A stretch of DNA of 64,000 nucleotides from Vicugna vicugna (taxonomy: Eukaryota): positions 186,001-250,000 of the forward strand of contig MU059006.1 in assembly GCA_013265495.1 (NCBI GenBank). Reading direction: 5' to 3'. The position numbers and the translations under genes are program-made. Below the pieces are notes generated by a model, which saw nothing but the letters and a program-made list of their open reading frames with translations, was not told the origin of the DNA and did not search any database. Below, one piece after another: positions 56,713-64,000 of this stretch (the first letter of the stretch is position 1; every line of letters begins with the position of its first letter).

Positions 56713-57849
56713 CCCTAGAAGATTCTCCCTCCCTAGGCCCAATGCCAAGTTTAATGCCTTAGGTACTGGCTGTGGGAGTGCCAGCTCCCCTTCGTCCATC
56801 CCTGCCCCACTTCCCCATTCCTGTGCTGACCCCTTCCTACTTAGACACAGACAGTTTATTTAGCCTCCAACCAACTGGCATTTTTTTAAACACTGAAAGA
56901 ATGTCTATTTCACCCTCAGCAAAAGGTGTTTCAAATTCTGAGAAATTCCTCCAAGATAGAAACGTGGATGGGCAACTTAATTATTTCCTAAATATAAAAT
57001 AATTTCCCTGATTTAGGAGGACTGGATGATAACAGGCGTCAACATAGGACGTACATCCACTAATTCACACAATGGAGGTGAAACAGCCTTGTGAGCAGGG
57101 AAGCCAAGGCTCATTCACGCTGAGGGGACTTGTCCAGTTCACATATTAGCTAAGCTGCTGGATTCTGACCCAGACCCACCTGCCTACCACGCTCAGACTT
57201 TTCCTGCAGCTGCAGCCTTTCTCTAACCAGCCAGGCACACAGGGCCTCTTCCCTCTTGGGCTCAAGACCAGCAGACTCCTAACAGGTGGACGCCCCATCT
57301 AAAGGAGGCTGCGGTCATGCTGCGTGCCCAGCGAGGCTGTATTTTCTGATGGCCCAAAATAAGAAAAATATGGATTTTACATGGACTTGCCTGAATTTTA
57401 AAACATCGACCATTTTTTTAAAAATGCAGTTTGCAGGTCCCACAGATACTGCCAGCCTCTCAACTGTGCCCACGGGGCATGTCTGTAGCCTCTGCTTTGG
57501 GGGAAAGCCTGGTTTTTTTGGCTGGACCTAATCACCAAATCCCATAGTCTGGGAGTCCAGCGTGTGGAGACATCTAAGTGACCCCTTCCCCCAGGACTGT
57601 CCATGTCCCAGACACAATGTACCGATCATAGACCCCGCTGGCTACTCACATAGGCCATGGTGGCTCTGCAAGAGCTAGAATGGCACACCCACACTGGGTG
57701 AGGGGACACAGAGGGCTGTGTGAAAGCCACGGGCTTGGGGTGGTGGGGCGTGCACAGGTACGGAAGATGGTCTGGGGAGGACCCGGAAATATTGACTGAG
57801 CATCTGCAATGAGTCATGGACAGTGTTGGGTTAAGTTCCATGTGCCATC

Positions 57850-58600
57850 TTGTCGAAGCCTTACACCAACCCTGGGAGGTGGGGAGGATGAGCCCCCATT
57901 CTACAGATGAGGAAACTGAGGCCCAGAGAGACTCAGGACTTCTCCAAGGTCACACGCCTGGAGGGGAAGAGTCAGGACTGGTACCTCAGTCTGTCAGACA
58001 CAGCCCGGTTTCATGGCAGCACACAGTCTGCCCTCAGGTTGGCACGTAGTAGGTGCTCACAAAATACAACTCCTCTTCCCTTTTTGTGACTGAGCCACGG
58101 ATAATAGAGATGTGCTAATGGCTGTGTATCAGCCAGAGAGCGGAAAATTGAGAGCCGTGGGGCGAAAAGGCAAGCTCCATTTATGCCTAATGGGACCTGC
58201 CGTTGATATTAAGATACTTCTTTCCTAAAACAAAAAAAAATGACCCACTTTGGTTTTGCTCCAAAGTTACTATTCTGAATGGTCTTTACATCTTTTCGAT
58301 GCTAAGACTTTTAACATCGTCGTAATGTTGGAATTTCCCCTGCTGGGATCTCTCTTTTAAAATCATACACTCAGGATCCACAACCGGAGGCTAACACTGT
58401 GCTTTGCTGTTTTGTTTATTTGGTTCTTTTCTTTCTTTTTTTTTTTTTAAAGTGAGGATCTTTACAGGATATGTGCAGTTTGGCAGTTAAACACCCTAAA
58501 TCCCAGTTTCCACATCTGTAAAAGTAGAATAATAACGAGATTCTCCCAGGATCAGTGTGAAGAGAACAGTGAAATAAAGGACGCAGAGCTCCTAGTGTAA
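57850..58600. mobile_element. MIR fragments in the GDF2 intron (about 57850-57990, 58480-58600)
   Basis: CCCCATTCTACAGATGAGGAAACTGAGGCCCAGAGAG; CAGTTTCCACATCTGTAAAA. Confidence 0.7.
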
Positions 58601-58851
58601 TGCTGGCAGCAGAGTGATGCCCTGTCAAGAGCTGGACCTGTCCACTCCAGTGCAGGGCATCGCCTGCTTCTATTTTTCTTTGGAAAATGCCAAATGTACC
58701 ATTTACAATCCTGTTCTACATTAAGGGCTTAAGTGGCACCAGATAACGTCATCCTGGATGCCCTTCCATCCAAGCCATGAGTCTCAGCTTTGGTGTCATG
58801 AAAACAGACCCTCCCAGCAGAGGTGACTGTCACCATGTATTTGCATTTCAG

Positions 58852-59801
58852 ATGCCGTCTCTGTAGCCGCCACAGGAGACTTCCCTTTCCAGAAACACAT
58901 CTTGCTCTTTAACATCTCCATTCCCAGGCACGAGCAGATCACCAGGGCCGAGCTCCGACTCTACCTCTCCTGTCAAAGTCATGTGGGCTCCTCTCACGAG
59001 CTGAAAGGGAACATGGTCATTTACGATGTTCTGGATGGAGCCAACGCCTGGGATGCTTTGGAGGGAACCAAGACCTTCCTGGTGTCTCAGGACATCCAGG
59101 ACGAGGGCTGGGAGACCTTGGAGGTGTCCAGTGCCGTGAAGCGGTGGGTCAGGGCAGACTCCACCAAGAGCAAAAATAAACTGGAGGTGACCGTGGAGAG
59201 TCACAGAAAGGGTTGTGACAAGCTGGATATCAGTGTCCCCCCAGGCTCCAAAAACTTGCCTTTCTTCGTCGTCTTCTCCAATGACCGCAGCAATGGGACC
59301 AGGGAGACCAGGCTGGAGCTCAGAGAGATGATCAGCCACGAACAGGAGAGTGTGCTCAAGAAGCTGTCCAGGAACGGCCCGGTGGAGGCAGGTGGGAACA
59401 GGGACGAGGAGAAGGAGGGTGTGGAAGGCCACGTGGCCGCGGGATTGTCTTTAGCCAGACGGAAGAGGAGTGCCGGGGCCAACAACCACTGTCAGAAGAC
59501 CTCGCTGCGGGTGAACTTCGAGGACATCGGCTGGGACAGCTGGATCATCGCGCCCAAGGAGTACGATGCCTACGAATGTAAAGGCGGCTGTTTCTTCCCC
59601 TTGGCTGATGATGTGACCCCAACGAAACACGCCATCGTGCAGACCCTGGTGCATCTCAAGTTCCCCATGAAGGTGGGCAAGGCCTGCTGTGTGCCCACCA
59701 AACTGAGCCCCATCTCCATCCTCTACAAGGATGACATGGGCGTCCCCACCCTCAAGTACCACTACGAAGGGATGAGCGTGGCAGAGTGTGGGTGCAGGTA
59801 G
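58852..59801 (+). CDS. GDF2: GDF2 coding exon 2: prodomain, furin site RRKR, mature BMP9 (950 nt; total CDS 1296 nt, 431 aa)
   Basis: Acceptor TATTTGCATTTCAG|AT restores D (G+AT). [37 protein letters not shown]...[50 protein letters not shown]...[38 protein letters not shown]. Confidence 0.98.
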
Positions 59802-60936
59802 TGCTGGACCAGGCGGGGGACGCAGGATGCGGGGGGGTTCCTAATGAGAGGTCCTGTGTCCCCCTGGGTGTGACAGGGACTAAGTCCACCTGCAGTCAGC
59901 CCGGAGAAGGAAATGGAGCCACCAGGTCCTAGAGGTAAAGGCCCACTCTCCCTCTTACCGCCCGCCTCCAAGCACACACCACTGGGTTGAACTGCAGGGG
60001 AAGGGGATGGTAACAGGAAGCAGGGGTTGGGGGAGAAGAGGAAAGCCTGAAAGCATCATTGGGGTGGAAGGGGAGCTGAAGAAAAGGGAATAAGGGGAAA
60101 AATAATCCAGAGTTGGCAGAAAACCGAGCAAAAATGCAGGAGATGTGCAGAATTGAACGGAAATTAAAGGACGCGAGAGAGATGGGGTTTATTCCAGTAA
60201 CCTCAGGGAGCGAGGGGGAGAGCAAGAGGACATGTCCTCCACACCCACTTCACCTTATCCCCACAGCCCGGGAGATGGGCATTATGACTCCCAATTCACA
60301 CACGCAGGAACCAAAGCTCAGGCAGTTCAAGTATCAGTCAATGGCATGATGCCAACCTCCATGGGTCTGTCGATCCGCAAAGCCCAGGAGCTCGCCGTTA
60401 CCCCACTGTGGTTTAGCAGGTCCCCTTGTCACTAAAGACAATTAGACTGTGGGAGGCGGGGGGCAGGGAGCAAACTGGACAGAACCCAGCCAGTACCCAG
60501 CAGTAAGACTGGGCTGCTTGGCACACTCAGCGTAAACTTCGGACTGCTCCGCACCTGTGCTGAGTCAGCATCCCAGTGCTTTTTGAAGATGACCCCTGAG
60601 GACTGAAAACTACCCCCAAAACCAACTGCAGGATGGAGAGTGTGCAGAACAGAAGCCCTCGGGCTGCAGTGACCACTGTGCCCGGGGGTACTTCGACCCG
60701 CTGGCAAAGAGCTTGTGCGACCTGTGGTTCGTACAGGGTCCCTTGCTGCCGTGGACTCACACGTGGACGAGATGGTTTGGGAGGGGCGGGCACAGTTGAC
60801 TCTGAGGGATGGGGCAGCCCGTGGCCTGTGTCTGTGCAGCTACTTACTCTGCACCAGCTCACCAGCATCACACACCCGTGAGCTCCCCTCCCACAAGGAC
60901 TCCACAGGAGACAGGACCCGCGTTTGAATTTGTTGG

Positions 60937-60942
60937 AATAAA
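60937..60942 (+). terminator. GDF2: GDF2 proximal polyadenylation signal
   Basis: AATAAA followed by U/GU-rich CTTTGGTATTTG and TTTTAGTCCTTGGTG. Confidence 0.65.
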
Positions 60943-61428
60943 TGCACTCTTGCTTTGGTATTTGCAATGTCCCTACTTTTAGTCCTTGGTGACATGTAGT
61001 GATGTCATGGTGACTCAAGTGATGACATCCAGTCTTTCGGGGTGAGGGCCCCCGGCCACAGAAGAATTCCGGTCCTTATTGGCCGAAGTCGGTTCTGCCT
61101 GGACCAGCCGGCTTTCTTAAGTAACGTGCGTCCAGCCCCTGTCCTGGGCTTGGGCTTTGGGACCAGACTCAGCCCCCACTGACCCCAAGGGAGGACCTCT
61201 GACTCTCGAGGTCACACACGGAATGGGGTGGAGTGAGGAGGAGTCTGGAAGCGGTGACGATTCCACTCCATGGCCCTTCTGACCACTGGCCAGAGCAGAC
61301 GCTATAGAAGGCCTGGAGTGACCCGGGCCATTCCTGTTGGTTGAAGCTCCCAGAATTTTTTTTTTTAAAACAATGGTTTGTGTTAAATGTTTACATGGAA
61401 CCAATGAACAGCTTTAACACAAAACTAC

Positions 61429-61588
61429 AATAAAGCATTATTGTTCAATTACTGGAGTTACAAAAAATACTAAATACAAAAAATTCCTGGTACGACAATG
61501 TTGCTCAATCACCAAGATGGATGACAGACAACTTTTAGTCCTGGTGGTGTATTTCTGTGCCTGCATCAAAGTTTCACTTGGAAATAAA
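61429..61588 (+). terminator. GDF2: Two further candidate GDF2 polyadenylation signals (61429-61434, 61583-61588)
   Basis: AATAAA twice within an AT-rich island; the last is followed by GGGTGGCTTTTCTT. Confidence 0.45.
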
Positions 61589-62839
61589 GTCAAATGTCTA
61601 ATGGGTGGCTTTTCTTAAGTGTGAGACCTGGGCTCGTGGTCCCCTAGCCCCACACCTTGCCCACCCCTCCCTACAGGCTCATCCTTCCCTGGGGGAGAAG
61701 AGGGGCATGGGGTAGGGGGGTGACAGGTGTGGGCAGTGTCTCTGCAGGTGAGTGCATGCATCCATGTAAGCGCACACATGTGGGTGTAATTGTGAGCGTG
61801 GATGTTTGCAGGTGGGAAATGACAGTCAGCCCTGTGCTTTGACCTCCCCACGTCAGGGGAGGGAGGCCGAGCTCTGGCTATGAGACACATCTGCCCCTAA
61901 GTCATGTCTGCCGATGTCCTGAGGCCCGTATGTCTCTTCCAGCACCTGCTCCCTCTGTGTTCCTGCTCAGACACCCAGCTCCAGTCAAATACCATCAAGG
62001 CCACTCCCTGTTCTCAGCCCTCGGGTGACAGTGTGGCTGCCTCACTCCCAGCTCCACAGCCCAGGTCCTCCTTCCATGAAGGCCCGGCTTTAGTGTTGTC
62101 CCCTCGGACCTCAATCCTGATGCCCCACCTCTGATCTTCTTGGCTCTAAGGGGCACTGTGGTGCTTCTGTCCCACAGTCGTCACTGGCCTGGTGTAAGGA
62201 CCTGCGGACTGACCTCTTGTCTTGAGCCGTATGTGGCACCAGGTCCTGTGGGGGCAAGGCCCAAGAGCCTCCAGCCTCCATCACTCCCTGGAAGCCCGAC
62301 ATGGCCTGCGGCTTTGGACAGATAGATGTGCAGGGAGAGAACCCGCCAGGAGAGCCAGAGAAACACTCCCTGGTTCCCATTTCACTGGGTGCTCCTTCCC
62401 ACCAGGCCCTCCAAAGCTAGTTCACTGCCCCCTCCAATCAAGTCAGAGAATGAAATCCAACAGCGCCACCCGCTGGACACTCTGCGAGGCAACCAATTCG
62501 CCCTCTGCCTGATGACCGCCACCGTCCCTTCTGCAGTGTTTCCTGAAGCCTTTTCACGTTTGTCATGTCAGGGTGGGGATGTTAGTGCTGTCGCTGGGAT
62601 CAAAGAGCTGAAGCCCAGAGAAAAGACGAATTGGTGGGGTCGACCACTGGCCTCTGCCCCTCACGTGACCTACCCTCCAGGCCAGGAGCAAGGGAACAGA
62701 GAGAGAGGCTCAGGGATGCCGAGCAGAAAGTCACGGGCAGACGCAGAGACAGTGAGATGGGGTGGGACACAGAGACTTTGAGCGGACCCAGAGAGGAAGC
62801 TGGCAGAGCCCCAAGCACCAGGCGGGCTCGGAACTTGGT

Positions 62840-62960
62840 GGCCACAGAATAATCAACGTGTTTTCCCCTACATTTACCAATAAGGAGATGGAGGCCTCAC
62901 ACTTTGCTCAGAGCCACCAGCAAGAACTGCTGGAGCCAGGATTTGAACCCCTTTTGTGAT
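62840..62960. mobile_element. MIR SINE
   Basis: TTTACCAATAAGGAGATGGAGGC...CTTTGCTCAGAGCCAC...GAGCCAGGATTTGAACCC. Confidence 0.65.
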
Positions 62961-64000
62961 GCCCAGCTTACCTTCTCTCTGCTCTCCTGGCCTCTGTCCT
63001 GAATGCTTCCTCAAGGTCAAGGTCATAGTCACACTAACAGGAAGAATCAAAGCTACAGCATGAGACAGATGCACCAGACAGGGTTTGTGCTCTCCTGGGG
63101 AGACGCTGCCCTCCTGTGGTCACTGCCCCTCTCGTCCTGCGATGTAGGGTCCTCTGGTCTGCTGGGCACAGACGGGGTGTTATTCTCTGGTGAAGGAAGG
63201 AGGGGACGGAAATCCTTCTATTCTTTGGTTCAGGTTCTGTTAATATAGACACTAAACATTGTGGCTTATACTTCCTCCAGAATTCCACTAAAACTGGGAG
63301 AAAGGGGTCCCTGGATCAGTCCTTGCCTGCAGCCTTCTCTTTTCCAAATCCAACTTAATTCTGACATGAGCTGGACCAGTACAGGTAGGAGTGGGAGGTC
63401 ACATCCCTCTGAACTTGGAAACTCTTTTTTTTCCATGTACTATGGCATTGGTTATTTATCCAGCTCATCTGACCAGCGCCCTCTGTCCTGGAATCTTCCC
63501 TAGACTTCTGCAATGCCCATTTATGGGAACTGTGAAGCTGGGCCCCTGAGTTGGACCCACATGGCCCCAGATGGCTCCTACCCTATCATCTCAGGTGGTC
63601 CTTACAGCAGCCTGCAGGTGGATGAGGAAGTGGAGGCCCACCATGGTGGACGTGCTGGTCCAACATGCAATGGGGACCCTGGAGCAAGCCCATCTCTGGG
63701 GGGCTCCCTCCGCCCAGACAGCTCCTGCAACAGACCCTGGTCTTCAGCACTGATGGTGCTGAGTGAAATGAGGAGAGGCCAGCAGGGCTGTGTTGGCTTC
63801 CTACCCACAAGACACCAGCACTCCAGGGTTCTAGAATCCACCAGGACTGTCTGGTGCACGAGGTAACTTCTGACACTACAAAAAGGCTCAGATGAGACAC
63901 CCTCTTCTTGGGTGAACTGAGAGAGACAGGAAGAGAAGAAAGCTGGCATGGGGATAGTCTGGTGGACATTCAGGCCCAAAGTAGGACGTAAATGAGAGAA

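Noticed and set aside
58424-58467. Cryptic acceptor after the T-rich tract in the GDF2 intron
   Set aside because: No convincing downstream donor, unlike the GDF10 intron-1 case.
42740-59762. Antisense or shifted ORFs over GDF10 exon 2/3 and GDF2 exons (e.g. 43089-43547, 45430-45894, 55859-56413, 58848-59432)
   Set aside because: Shadow ORFs caused by codon bias of the real coding strand.
1-64000. Exons of the usual neighbours (PTPN20 upstream, RBP3 downstream), numts, snRNA/rRNA genes, CRISPR-like arrays
   Set aside because: No matching coding or structural-RNA sequence recognised in the ORF track or by eye; no regularly spaced repeat-spacer array.

Overview
Mammalian genomic DNA, most likely a camelid (Camelus or Vicugna): three copies of a tRNA-Ala(AGC)-derived SINE match the camelid vic-1 type, and the young L1 3' ends are cetartiodactyl-like. 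The window is a draft scaffold with three sized N gaps. It holds two complete, tandem, plus-strand TGF-beta/BMP family genes. GDF10 (BMP3B) has 3 coding exons (33886-34201, 42674-43599, 45518-45709; 477 aa). GDF2 (BMP9) has 2 coding exons (56091-56436, 58852-59801; 431 aa). All introns are GT-AG with consistent phases. The first 33 kb has no recognisable protein-coding gene. It is a mosaic of old repeats (L2, MIR, L1M, MLT1, hAT MITEs, an ERVL provirus fragment with LTR16-type LTR) plus a few repeat-free, motif-dense segments that look like enhancers. Best leads: (1) a 13-codon uORF in the GDF2 5' leader; (2) a long-terminal-inverted-repeat DNA element between the two genes that I cannot assign to a family; (3) a MIR-derived candidate poison exon in GDF10 intron 1; (4) a small polyadenylated LTR-derived retrocopy with target-site duplication (TSD) nested in an MLT1 LTR; (5) tandem GDF2 poly(A) signals separated by a miR-30 8mer site. 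Repeat family names come from recalled consensus sequences, not a database search, and repeat boundaries are approximate. Cross-species comparisons are from memory and flagged. I see no evidence of a wholly new gene system; the regulatory calls are motif-level hypotheses.
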